Origin: an uncultured Pseudomonadota bacterium
Lineage (GTDB): Bacteria; Pseudomonadota; Alphaproteobacteria; Micropepsales; Micropepsaceae
Assembly: GCA_963775165.1 (NCBI GenBank)
Contig: CAVZHX010000001.1
Span: 259,823 to 323,822, forward strand
DNA: 64,000 bases
Direction: 5' to 3'
Both the position numbers and the translations under genes were made by a program. A model generated the notes under the pieces. The model was given only the letters and a program-made list of their open reading frames with translations, did not search any database and was not told the DNA's origin. Positions 34,546 to 46,940 of this stretch are shown here, piece after piece; the first letter of the stretch is position 1, and every line of letters begins with the position of its first letter.

Positions 34546-34583
34546 AACAAACGCCCCCGATGCGGTTTGTGCATCCGGGGCGT
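34546..34583 (-). terminator. Intrinsic terminator after RcnB-like gene 1
   Basis: ACGCCCCCGATGC-loop-GCATCCGGGGCGT hairpin with T-rich tail on minus strand; homologous to 35327 and 36941 hairpins. Confidence 0.7.
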
Positions 34584-34604
34584 CGTGCACGCTACGCATT
34601 TCGA

Positions 34605-35231
34605 TCAGTAGAACACGCTGTAGACGACCCGCAGGACGTAGCCCGTCGTGACATCGACGAGCAAAGCATCGTCGGTGTCGCGGACCCAGACATAGCCATA
34701 GGGCGGATCGTCGAGGCCGTACATCCGGTAATCGGTGATCCAATAGTCCCGGCTCCAGAACAGCGCCGGCATCACCATGCCGAAGGTCCAGGCCTCCGCA
34801 TACCACCCGGTCGGCCGGCGATAGGGCGGCAGGTGGTACTGACGCGGCGCGCGGAAATTGCGCTGCCATAGCCGGCGATTGAAATCGCGGTGGATGCGCC
34901 ATTGCGGCGGGCGCTTGCCCGGCTGATAGCTGCTCCAGTCATAACGCTGGTTGGTGCGCCTGGGCTCCGACGTCGCCAGCGTCGGCTGCGGGCTCTGGCG
35001 GCGGCTGCGCGTCGGAGACGCGATCTGATGCGGAGGAACATTGCCGGTCGCGCCGCCAGGCTTTGGCGCTCGCTGCCGCGCCGGGTTGCGGTTCTTGCTC
35101 TGGTCGCGATCCTGGGCGGAATGCTGGGCGCCCGAGGCCGGCTGGCCGCTCGACGCGGCATCTGCGACGGCCGCAACCGGCGTCGCGAAGGCCAGGCTCA
35201 TGGCCGCCGCCGAAACAAACAACCATCTCAT
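34605..35231 (-). CDS. Secreted RcnB-family-like protein (paralogue 1)
   Basis: Signal peptide; C-terminal YRRPTGWY..W.FGMV.P..DY..YGL..PPYGYVWVR..DALLV. Confidence 0.85.
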   Translation of the reverse strand: MRWLFVSAAAMSLAFATPVAAVADAASSGQPASGAQHSAQDRDQSKNRNPARQRAPKPGGATGNVPPHQIASPTRSRRQSPQPTLATSEPRRTNQRYDWSSYQPGKRPPQWRIHRDFNRRLWQRNFRAPRQYHLPPYRRPTGWYAEAWTFGMVMPALFWSRDYWITDYRMYGLDDPPYGYVWVRDTDDALLVDVTTGYVLRVVYSVFY

Positions 35232-35361
35232 GGTGCTCTCCCTCGTGAGATTGTGGGACCCAACCAGCCATCGGCAATCTTATCAGAATTGGGCAAGTTC
35301 TGCCCGCCAAGTTTGGCGGCGCCCGCAAAAGAAACGCCCCGGATGCGGCTGCATCCGGGGC
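35191..35361 (-). repeat. Duplicated terminator+promoter+RBS+start cassette, copy A
   Basis: Aligns with 36805-36978; about 8 substitutions and 1 indel over the ~117 bp non-coding stretch 35232-35348. Confidence 0.9.
35327..35361 (-). terminator. Intrinsic terminator after RcnB-like gene 2
   Basis: GCCCCGGATGC-ggct-GCATCCGGGGC followed by GTTTCTTTT on minus strand. Confidence 0.8.
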
Positions 35362-35384
35362 TGTCCCGCGATTGGGCTTCGCGT

Positions 35385-36134
35385 CTAGTAATATAGCCCA
35401 TAGACCACGCGCAGGATGCGTCCGTCGTCGACGTTCACGAGCAGCGCATCGTCGCCATATCGCACCCAGACATAGCCATAAGGCGGATTGGCGAGCCCGA
35501 ACTGTCCGTAGTCTCCGATCCAGTTGTCGCGGGTCCAGAGCGGCCGCGGCAGCACCATGCCGAAGCTCCAGCGCCGGTAATACCAGCCGACCGGGCGGCG
35601 ATAGGCCCGCGAGCGATAGCGGTGCTCGGCGCGGAAATTGCGCTCCCAGAGCGCGCGGTCGAAATTGCGGTGGCGCTGCCAATTCACCGGGCGCACGCCC
35701 TGGTGATAGGCGCTCCAGTCGAAGCGGCGCTCGACACCCAGACGCCGCCGGTTCTCGCGCAGTGTGCGATGTTGCCGTGCAAGCTCCTGGCGATTGCCGC
35801 GGATATGCGCGCGCTGGCGCTGGATGCGGCTGCGTGCCTGACCGACGCGCCGTTGCTCGTTCCGCAATTGGTGGTGCGCTTGCCGCACCTGCCGCCGTGC
35901 ATGCCGCACCTGCCGCCGTGCATGCGGTGCCTGGTGCCGCGCGCCACGCACCTGACGGTGCTCCTGCCGTGCCGCATGGTGCTCGCGGCGCTGGTTTCGG
36001 TCTTTGGCGTTGCGTCGGTGAGAGTTATGATCGGTGTGGGCGGCGACATGCATCGCCCCGGACGGGGCGGCCTGCACAGGCGCGGCAAACGTCAAGCACA
36101 TGATCGCAGCGGTTGCTATGAGCAGCGATTTCAT
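35385..36134 (-). CDS. Secreted RcnB-family-like protein with His/Arg-rich helical N-region (paralogue 2)
   Basis: Signal peptide, HARRQVR repeats, same C-terminal PPYGYVWVR domain. Confidence 0.85.
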   Translation of the reverse strand: MKSLLIATAAIMCLTFAAPVQAAPSGAMHVAAHTDHNSHRRNAKDRNQRREHHAARQEHRQVRGARHQAPHARRQVRHARRQVRQAHHQLRNEQRRVGQARSRIQRQRAHIRGNRQELARQHRTLRENRRRLGVERRFDWSAYHQGVRPVNWQRHRNFDRALWERNFRAEHRYRSRAYRRPVGWYYRRWSFGMVLPRPLWTRDNWIGDYGQFGLANPPYGYVWVRYGDDALLVNVDDGRILRVVYGLYY

Positions 36135-36281
36135 GATCGATCCTCCTTGCCCCTCCAGTGGCAAAGGTCCTGTCATGATGGAAATAGCTGAATGCGGCAG
36201 CCGTTCCGTATCGCGACGCGATGTTGAGAATAGCCAACAAAGTCGCGTGAAATATGGCGTTTTGGAGGCAGCGCCGCCGGT

Positions 36282-36845
36282 CTAATCGAACAACCCGTAG
36301 ACGACCTGCAGAATGTAACCCGTCGCGACATTGACAAGCAATGCGTCGTCGCCGTTGCGAACCCAGACATAACCGTAAGGCGGGTTTTCCAGGCCAAACA
36401 TCCAGTACTGGTCAACCCAGTGGTCGCGGGCCCAGAACAACTGCGGCAGCACCATGCCGAACGCCCATCGCTTGGCATACCAGCCGGTCGGGCGGCGATA
36501 GGGCGTCAAGTGATACTGGCGCGGGGCGCGCACATTGCGCTGCCATAGCTGGCGATTGAAATCGCGGTGGACGCGCCATTCGGGTGGGCGCTTGCCGGGC
36601 TGGTAGGTGTGCCAGTCATAGCGCTGCTGGCTGCCGAGGCTTCGTTGCGACGGCGCCGCTGCCGGCCGGCGGGCGCCCGGCTGCGGTTTCTGTCCCGCCG
36701 GATTGCCAGGCGTCTTGCCCTGATCGCGGTCGCTATTCTGCGCGAGTTGCTGGGCCGAAGACGGCGCGCCGCCCGAAGCGGCAGTCGCGGCGGGCGCCAC
36801 GAAAGCCAGGCTCATGACCGCTGCCGGAACGAACAGCCATCTCAT
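36282..36845 (-). CDS. Secreted RcnB-family-like protein (paralogue 3)
   Basis: MRWLFVPAA signal peptide; PPYGYVWVRNGDDALLV domain. Confidence 0.85.
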   Translation of the reverse strand: MRWLFVPAAVMSLAFVAPAATAASGGAPSSAQQLAQNSDRDQGKTPGNPAGQKPQPGARRPAAAPSQRSLGSQQRYDWHTYQPGKRPPEWRVHRDFNRQLWQRNVRAPRQYHLTPYRRPTGWYAKRWAFGMVLPQLFWARDHWVDQYWMFGLENPPYGYVWVRNGDDALLVNVATGYILQVVYGLFD

Positions 36846-36978
36846 GGTGCTCTCCCTTGTGAGATTGCGGAACACAACCAGCCACCGGTAATCTTATCAG
36901 AAATGGGCAAGTTCTGCCCGCCAAGTTTGGCGGCGCCCACAAAAAGAAACGCCCCGGATGCGGGGCGCGCATCCGGGA
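36805..36978 (-). repeat. Duplicated terminator+promoter+RBS+start cassette, copy B
   Basis: Near-identical to 35191-35361. Confidence 0.9.
36941..36977 (-). terminator. Intrinsic terminator after RcnB-like gene 4
   Basis: CCCGGATGC-loop-GCATCCGGG followed by GCGTTTCTTTTT on minus strand. Confidence 0.8.
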
Positions 36979-37002
36979 CGTTCCGTAGCTTGAGGGCCGT
37001 GC

Positions 37003-37833
37003 CTAGTAGAACAGCCCGTAGACCACCTGCAGGATGTAGCCGGTCTCGACATTGACGAGCATGGCGTCACTGCCGTTGCGCACCCAGACATAGCCATAGG
37101 GCGGATCGTCCAGGCCGTACGCGTCGTAGCCGTTGATCCAGTAATTCTGGCTCCAGAACAGCCGCGGCAGGACCATGCCGAATGTCCAGTTCTGCGCGTA
37201 CCAGCCCCGCGGCCGGTTATAGGTCGTCCAGCGATAGCGTTGCTGGGCGCGGAAATTGCGCTCCCACAGCTGGCGGTTGAAATTGCGGTTGCGCGCCCAC
37301 AGCGGCGGACGCTGTCCCGGCCGGTAGGTGCCCCAGTTGTAGCGTTGGCGCTGTATCCGCCGACGATTGGCCTGGATATTGCGCTGCTGCTGAGTGCGCC
37401 GTTGCTGGTTCAGCTGCTGTTGCTTGTTGCGCTGCTGCTGAGTGCGCTGCTGCTGAGTGCGCCGTTGCTGGTTCAGCTGCTGTTGCTTGTTGCGCTGCTG
37501 CTGGGTGCGCTGCTGCTGAGTGCGCCGTTGCTGGTTCAGCTGCTGTTGCTTGTTGCGCTGCTGCTGCTGAGTGCGCTGCTGCTGAGTGCGCTGCGTTCTG
37601 ACAGCCGGTTTTTTGGCGGCCGGCTTTTTGGCAGCCGGCTGCTTGGTGCGCTGCTGCTTGGCGCGCTGCTGGGCGCGCTTCTTCTGGGCGGGGGTCAGCT
37701 GGTCGTTGTTTTGCGCGAGCTGAATATAGGCCCCCTGCGTGCCCTGCCATGCCACCGCGGAATCGGGGGCGGCCAGCGCCGGCATTGCGACGGCAAGGCT
37801 AAGCGCCGCAGCCGGTATGAACAGCCATTTCAT
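37003..37833 (-). CDS. Secreted RcnB-family-like protein with Gln/Arg tandem repeats (paralogue 4)
   Basis: MKWLFIPAA signal peptide, RTQQQRTQQQ(Q)RNKQQQLNQQR x3, PPYGYVWVR domain. Confidence 0.85.
   Translation of the reverse strand: MKWLFIPAAALSLAVAMPALAAPDSAVAWQGTQGAYIQLAQNNDQLTPAQKKRAQQRAKQQRTKQPAAKKPAAKKPAVRTQRTQQQRTQQQQRNKQQQLNQQRRTQQQRTQQQRNKQQQLNQQRRTQQQRTQQQRNKQQQLNQQRRTQQQRNIQANRRRIQRQRYNWGTYRPGQRPPLWARNRNFNRQLWERNFRAQQRYRWTTYNRPRGWYAQNWTFGMVLPRLFWSQNYWINGYDAYGLDDPPYGYVWVRNGSDAMLVNVETGYILQVVYGLFY
37381..37595 (-). repeat. In-frame coding tandem repeat (63-66 bp unit, about 3.3 copies)
   Basis: gcgctgctgctgagtgcgccgttgctggttcagctgctgttgcttgtt occurs three times. Confidence 0.9.
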
Positions 37834-38277
37834 TGTGAACTCCTTTGTGAGGCTGTGGGCCCGGCGGCCCACCGATCCGTTGCAATGTGCGCGGCTTGGT
37901 CGGCGAGGTCTTTGAGGCAGGTCAACGGCACCGGACCGGGATGTTTATGCCACGGCGACCCGGAAAGTCTCCCTTCGCACACGCCGCATCGTGGGCACGA
38001 GCGCGGTCGGGAAACGCATGGAATCGCAATTCTACGGCAATTTGACAGCAAAATGTCGCCATGCTTACTGTCCGGCGCGCCAGGGTGCGGGGTTTGGCGA
38101 TCGAGCGGATAGAGAAGCCCGGATTCAACCGGGGCCCAGATTCGAGAAGGATGACAGCGGCACAGATCGCGCCCGTTTTTAGGTCGCCCGGACGGATTTC
38201 TTGCGCCTGATCGAATCGCCGACGCAAAGCAGGCGCCGCTTCGCGCGGCGCCGAAGCCGATTGTGAGGAGGAAGATC

Positions 38278-39397
38278 ATGGCCGGGGAGCTGATGTTTGT
38301 CGGCAGCCTGCCGTGCCAGACCGCCGAGGAGACATTCCGCATCTTCGGACATGCGCTGGGGCAATGGCTGCCCTTCATGCCCGACGGCGAGGTGGGCTAC
38401 CGCCGCTACTGGATCGACGGCACCGCCTATCGCGTCTTCACCAATCATCCCGAGCTCGAAACCGTCAAACGCCCGGCGCCGACCGCCGACGGCGTCGAGA
38501 AATGGACGCCCGAAGGCCGCTTCGACGAATTCGGAATTCAAGGTCAAGCCCGGCATCGACAAGGTGCGCTTCGGCGATCCCGGCTGGCGGCTGGGCTTCG
38601 CGCGCGATGCCGTCAACGCCTACGCCATCTTCCGCCTTCTGAAGGAGACGGGCGCGGTCCCTCGCCATGTGCGCTTCCAGGTCTGCATTCCGCTGACCTA
38701 CAGCTCGATCCAGTATTTCTTCCCGCCCGCCGACATACCGAAAGTCGCCGCCGGCTTCACCGCGGCCTTGCGCGCGGAGGTCGCCAAGATCTGCGAACTG
38801 ATCCCGAACGACGACCTCGCCATCCAGTGGGACCTGGCCGGCGAGCAGCGCGACGTCGAGGGCAAGTTGGCCGAAGGCTTCGCCGATGCCGAGAAGGAGG
38901 CCGACCGCGTGGCCGAACCGGCGGCCGAAGTCTGCTCGGCGATCCCTGACGAGGTCCTGCTCGGCCATCACATGTGCTTCGGCACGCTGTCGGGCTGGCC
39001 CTCGCGCCAGCCGGAGGACATCACCGGCGCGGTGGTGCTCGCGAACGCGGCCGTCAAGCATTCGGGGCGCAAGGTCGATTTCCTGCATTTCCCGACGCTC
39101 GGCACCGCATCCGACGATTTCTTCCGTCCACTGAAAGATCTGAAACCCGGCGGCGCCCGCGTCTATATGGGCGTGATCCATCACCTGCAGGGGCCCGGCG
39201 GCATGGAAGCGCAGATGCGCACCATCAGGAAATATCTGCCGGAGTTCGGGATCGGCGCGCCCTGCGGCTTCGGCCGCGCGCCCGACCGGCCGGGCCGGCT
39301 GCTGACCGACGACGGCAGCCGCATCCCCGACTATCTCGACGTCATCCTGCGCGACCACAAATCCGCCATGGCCACCTATGCCGAGGTCATGGGGTAG
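38278..39397 (+). CDS. MetE/UROD-superfamily (cobalamin-independent methionine synthase-like) protein, frameshift near 38530
   Basis: VGSLP, PDGE.G.R..WI, RFQVCIP, IQWD, HMCFG and PCGFGR putative Zn ligands; GAGGAG RBS. Confidence 0.7.
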
Positions 39398-39408
39398 GGG
39401 ATATCTAT

Positions 39409-39541
39409 CCTCCCCCCTTGTGGGGAGGTCGGCGAGCAAATGCGAGCCGGGTGGGGGGATTGCTGCGCACGCCCCCACCTGGATTTGTTCGCACGTGCTC
39501 GCGCGACGCGCTCACAATTCCGACCTCCCTACAGGGGGAGG
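39409..39541. repeat. Palindromic intergenic element (RIME/CIR-like)
   Basis: CCTCCCCCCTTGTGGGGAGGTCGG...GGTGGGGG and CCCCCACC...CCGACCTCCCTACAGGGGGAGG nested inverted arms. Confidence 0.75.
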
Positions 39542-39647
39542 TGAAATTGTGCCGTGAAATTGTCTGGTGCAGATATTTCCAAAACAACCCGCCGACCCGG
39601 TGGCCGGCGTAGAGGCCCCCCGCCGCGCCCCGTGCTATAGAGCGGTC

Positions 39648-40912
<1,265 letters not shown>

Positions 40913-41000
40913 GATGAGTTCCCCCTGTGGTGGCCGCTCGGCGGGCCGATTGCCACTGTAGCGGGATTCGCGCTGCCCTGTCCTTGAAGGGCCGCCTTGA

Positions 41001-42584
<1,584 letters not shown>

Positions 42585-42625
42585 GCGGATCGGCCCGGCA
42601 AATTCGACCGGACGCGATTTTGTGC

Positions 42626-42653
42626 TTGACTGCCCGAATCACCATGTGATTCG
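42626..42653 (+). promoter_or_regulatory. Promoter with paired GANTC/YGAKTCG motifs upstream of divIC
   Basis: TTGACT followed by inverted repeat CGAATCAC-CAT-GTGATTCG (42635-42653). Confidence 0.55.
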
Positions 42654-42661
42654 TTCGCCGG

Positions 42662-43015
42662 ATGCGAAATCAGGCGCAGCGTTACGCGTTTCTTTGCCGC
42701 TTTGGTGATTCCGGCGATCTGCGCCGGCGCGGTTCTCTATTTCGGCTACTACACCGTCTGGGGCACGCGCGGGCTCTCGCGCTGGAAGACGTCCAGGCCC
42801 GCCTGAGCGTGCAGCACGAACAGCTCGCCACGCTCACCGCCAAGCGCGACCGCCTGCAGCACCGCATCGAGCTGCTCGAGCCCGGCTCGGTCGATCCCGA
42901 CATGGTCGAGGAGATCGCGCGCAGCCAGCTGCTCGAAGCCGCGCCCGGCCAGGTGGCGGTTCCGCGCACCCGGCCACTGACCGCGCTTCGCGCAAGGCCG
43001 CGGTGCGACACCTGA
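42662..43015 (+). CDS. ftsB: Septum formation initiator FtsB/DivIC (frameshifted in TM region)
   Basis: YFGYY..WGTRG in alternative frame, coiled coil, [15 protein letters not shown]; eno-divIC-pdhA synteny; true stop uncertain. Confidence 0.8.
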   Translation: MRNQAQRYAFLCRFGDSGDLRRRGSLFRLLHRLGHARALALEDVQARLSVQHEQLATLTAKRDRLQHRIELLEPGSVDPDMVEEIARSQLLEAAPGQVAVPRTRPLTALRARPRCDT

Positions 43016-43111
43016 TCATTGACTTGCCAAACGCCGGGCGGCTTGCCAAAACCTGCCCCTCGCGCCGCCTTGCGTGGGCGCGGCGGGTGGGAACAACAGG
43101 AGCATCGGGAT

Positions 43112-44139
43112 ATGGCCGACGCCAAAGCGGGCCGGAAAGCTTCCGCCAGCGAGCCGGCCCCGGCGGTGGCGCCGGAGCTTGCCACCAAGTTCTATCGCGA
43201 CATGCTGCTGATCCGCCGCTTCGAGGAGAAGGCCGGCCAGCTCTACGGCATGGGCCTGATCGGCGGCTTCTGCCACCTCTACATCGGCCAGGAAGCGGTG
43301 GTCGTCGGGCATGCAGGCCGACGTCGACGCCCGACGACCAGGTCATCACCTCCTATCGCGACCACGGCCACATGCTGGCCTGCGGCATGGACCCCAAGGG
43401 CGTGATGGCCGAGCTGACCGGCCGCGCGGGCGGCTATTCCAAGGGCAAGGGCGGCTCGATGCACATGTTCAGCCAGCGAGAAGCATTCTACGGCGGCCAC
43501 GGCATCGTCGGCGCCGCAGGTGCCGATCGGCACCGGCCTCGCCTTCGCCAACAGTATCGCGGCAACGACCGGGCGTGACGCTCACCTATTTCGGCGACGG
43601 CGCGGCCAACCAGGGCCAGGTCTACGAGAGCCTTCAACATGGCCGAGCTGTGGAAGCTGCCGGTCGTCTTCGTGATCGAGAACAACCAGTATGCCATGGG
43701 CACGCAGCGTGAAGCGCGCTCGAGCGCCGAAGTCCGATCTCTACAAGCGCGGCGCGGCCTCGGCATTCCCGGCGAGCGGTCGACGGCATGGATGTCGAGG
43801 CGGTCAATGCGGCGGGCGAGAAGGCGGTGCGACTGGTGCCGCGCCGGCAAGGGCCCGAACATCCTCGAAATGAAGACCTACCGCTATCGCGGCCATTCGA
43901 TGTCGGACCCGGCCAAATACCGCACCCGCGAGGAAGTGCAGGAGATGCGCGAGAAGCGCGACCCGATCGAACATCTGCGGCCAGAAGCTGATCGCAGCGC
44001 GGCATCGCCGACCGAGGACGACCTCAAGGCCATCGACAAGGAGATCGCGCGCAGATCGTCAACGACGCCGCCGAATTCGCCACCGAAAGCCCCGAGCCCG
44101 CGACCCGAACGAGCTCTACACCGACGTGCTGACGCCTAG
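43112..44139 (+). CDS. pdhA: Pyruvate dehydrogenase E1 alpha (frameshifted)
   Basis: [54 protein letters not shown]. Confidence 0.95.
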
Positions 44140-44142
44140 AGC

Positions 44143-45547
44143 ATGTCGACCGCAGATTCTCGATGCCCGCCCTGTCGCCCACCATGGAGGAGGGCAAGCT
44201 CGCCAAATGGCTCGTCAAGGAAGGCGACGACGGTCAATTCCGGCGACATCCTGGCCGAGATCGAGACCGACAAGGCGACGATGGAATTCGAGGCCGTCGA
44301 CGAGGGCACGATCGGCAAGATCCTGGTGCCCGAAGGCACCGAGGGCGTGAAGGTCAACGCGCCGATCGCCGTGCTGCTGGGCGACGGCGAAGACGGCGAC
44401 CGCCGGTCGCCGCCGCCAGCGCGCAAGCCGCCGCCGCGCCGGAAGACCAAGCCCGCCGCCGACGACCGACGCCGCGCGCCGGCCGCCATCCGCGTCGCCG
44501 CCGCAACCGCCGATCGCCGCCGATCCCGAAATGCCCGAAGGCACCGAGATTCGTCACCATGACGGTGCGCGAGGCGCTGCGCGACGCCATGGCCGAGGAG
44601 ATGCGCCGCGACGACGACGTGTTCCTGATGGGCGAGGAGGTCGCCGAATATCAGGGCGCCTACAAGGTCAGCCAGGGCCTGCTGGAGGAATTCGGCGCCA
44701 AGCGCGTCATCGACACGCCGATCACCGAACATGGCTTTGCCGGCCTCGGCGTCGGCGCGGCGTTCGGCGGGCTGCAGGCCCATCGTCGAATTCATGACCT
44801 TCAACTTCGCCATGCAGGCGATGGACCAGATCATCAATTCCGCCGCCAAGACGCTCTACATGTCGGGCGGCCAGATGGGCTGCCCCATCGTGTTCCGCGG
44901 GCCCAACGGCGCCGGCCGCGCGCGTCGGCGCCCAGCACAGCCAGGACTATGCCGTCCTGGTACGCGCATGTGCCCGGGCATGAAGGTGGTCGCGCCCTAT
45001 TTCGCCGCCGACGCGAAGGGCCTGCTGAAGGCCGCGATCCGCGATCCCAACCCGGTGATCTTCCTCGAAAACGAAATCGTCTATGGCCGCTCCTTCCCGG
45101 TGCCGAAGCTCGACGATTTCGTCGCTGCCCATCGGCAAGGCGCGCGTGATCACGCGCCGGCAACGACGTGACGCTCGTGGCGCTATTCGATCGGCGTCGG
45201 CCTCGATCCTGGAGGCGGCCGAAGAAGCTGGCCGAGGAGGGCATCGACGCCGAGGTGATCGACCTGCGCACGCTGCGCCCGCTCGACACCGACAACCGTG
45301 ATCGCGTCGGTGAAGAAGACCAACCGCATCGTCACCGTCGAGCAGGGCTGGCCGGTCTGCTCCATCGGCTCGGAGATCTGCGTCGCGTCGTGGCGCTGGA
45401 AGGCGTTCGACTATCTCGACGCGCCGCCGACAACGGTCACCGGCAAGGACGTGCCGATGCCCTATGCCGCCAATCTCGAAAAGCTGGCGCTGCCGACGCG
45501 TCGACGACGTCGTCGCCGCGGCCAAAGCCGTCTGCTACCGGAGCTAG
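44143..45547 (+). CDS. pdhB: Pyruvate dehydrogenase E1 beta with N-terminal lipoyl domain (frameshifted)
   Basis: [55 protein letters not shown]. Confidence 0.95.
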
Positions 45548-45552
45548 GCGAC

Positions 45553-46905
45553 GTGGCCACCAAGATCCTCATGCCCGCGCTGTCGCCCACCATGGAGGAG
45601 GGCAAGCTCGCCAAATGGCTGGTCAAGGAAGGCGACGAGGTCCAGTCCGGCGACATCCTGGCCGAGATCGAAACCGACAAGGCGACGATGGAATTCGAAG
45701 CCGTCGACGAAGGGCACGATCGGCAAGATCCTGGTGCCCGAAGGCACCGAAGGCGTGAAGGTCAACGAGCCCATCGCCGTGCTGCTGGGCGAAGGCGAAA
45801 GCGCCGTGCGACGCACGCCATCCCCGCCGCGCATGGCCATCGATCAAGAACGCGGTCACGCCGAGGCGGAAGCCGCCCAAAGCCGAAGCGCCCCGAAACC
45901 GACGCCGCCGAAAGCCGAAGCGCCGCAAGCACCGCTCCGCCAGCGCCGGCGCCGGCCGACGGCGCGCGCATCTTCGCTTCGCCCCTGGCCGGCGCATCGC
46001 CGCCGAGAACGGGCATCGATCTCGCCGCGCGTCACCGGCTCCGGTCCGCGCGGGCGCATCGTCAAGGCCGATGTCGAAGCTGCCGCGAAACCGGGCGTGC
46101 GCAACCGGCCGCCAAAGCGCCGGCCGCCGCCACGGCGCACGGGCCTTGCGGGCGTCGCGCCGCTTGCCCGATGCGCGGCTGTTCTACAAGCCGGACGACT
46201 ATGACCGAGATCCCGCACGATTCCATGCGCAAGGCGATCGCCAAGCGGCTGACCCCTCGGCCAAGACGCTGATCCCGCATTATTATCTCACCGTCGATTG
46301 CGACATCGACGCGCTGATGGCGGCGCGCGCGCGGCCTCAACGCGGCGGCGCCGAAAGGCGAGACGGCGGCCTACAAGCTTTCGGTCAACGACTTCATCGT
46401 CAAGGCCTGCGGCGATGGCGCTGATGCAGCGTGCCCGACGTCAATGCGAGCTGGACCGACGACCGCGATCCTGCGCCACAAGCACGCCGATGTCGGCGTC
46501 GCCGTGGCGCTCGATTTCGGGCTGATCACGCCCATCGTCTTCCGCGCCGAGGAAAAGGGCCTGGTCGCGATCTCGAACGAGGTGAAGGCGCTGGCCGCGC
46601 GCGCCAAGGCCAAGAAGCTGAAGCCCGCAGGAATATCGAAGGCGGCAGCTTCTGCCATCTCCAATCTCGGCATGTTCGGGATCAAGGAATTTCACCGCCG
46701 TCATCAACCCGCCGCAGGCCGCGATCCTGGCGGTCGGCGCGGGCGAGGAGCGCGCGGTGGTGCGCGAGCGGCAAGATCGTGGCCGCCACCGTGATGACGG
46801 TCACCATGTCCTGCGATCACCGCGTCATCGACGGCGCCACCGGCGCGCGCTTCCTGCAGACCTTCAAGACACTTCATCGAAGAACCGGCGTCGATGCTGC
46901 TGTAA
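45553..46905 (+). CDS. pdhC: Dihydrolipoamide acetyltransferase E2 (frameshifted)
   Basis: Lipoyl domain, [37 protein letters not shown]. Confidence 0.93.
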
Positions 46906-46940
46906 GTCGCCGCGCACCGCCTCGATTTCTGGAGACCCTT

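Noticed and set aside
37381-37595. Regularly spaced repeats as a CRISPR array
   Set aside because: Units are contiguous in-frame coding repeats with no unique spacers and no cas genes
38200-38260. GACGCAAAGC resembling the c-di-GMP-I riboswitch core
   Set aside because: Upstream GGCAAAC..GAAA stem is missing and the motif sits in the loop of an unrelated GCGCCTG/CAGGCGC hairpin
44163-45790. Near-identical DNA at 44163-44385 and 45571-45790 as a mobile repeat
   Set aside because: These are the paralogous lipoyl domains of PdhB and PdhC, a known alphaproteobacterial arrangement
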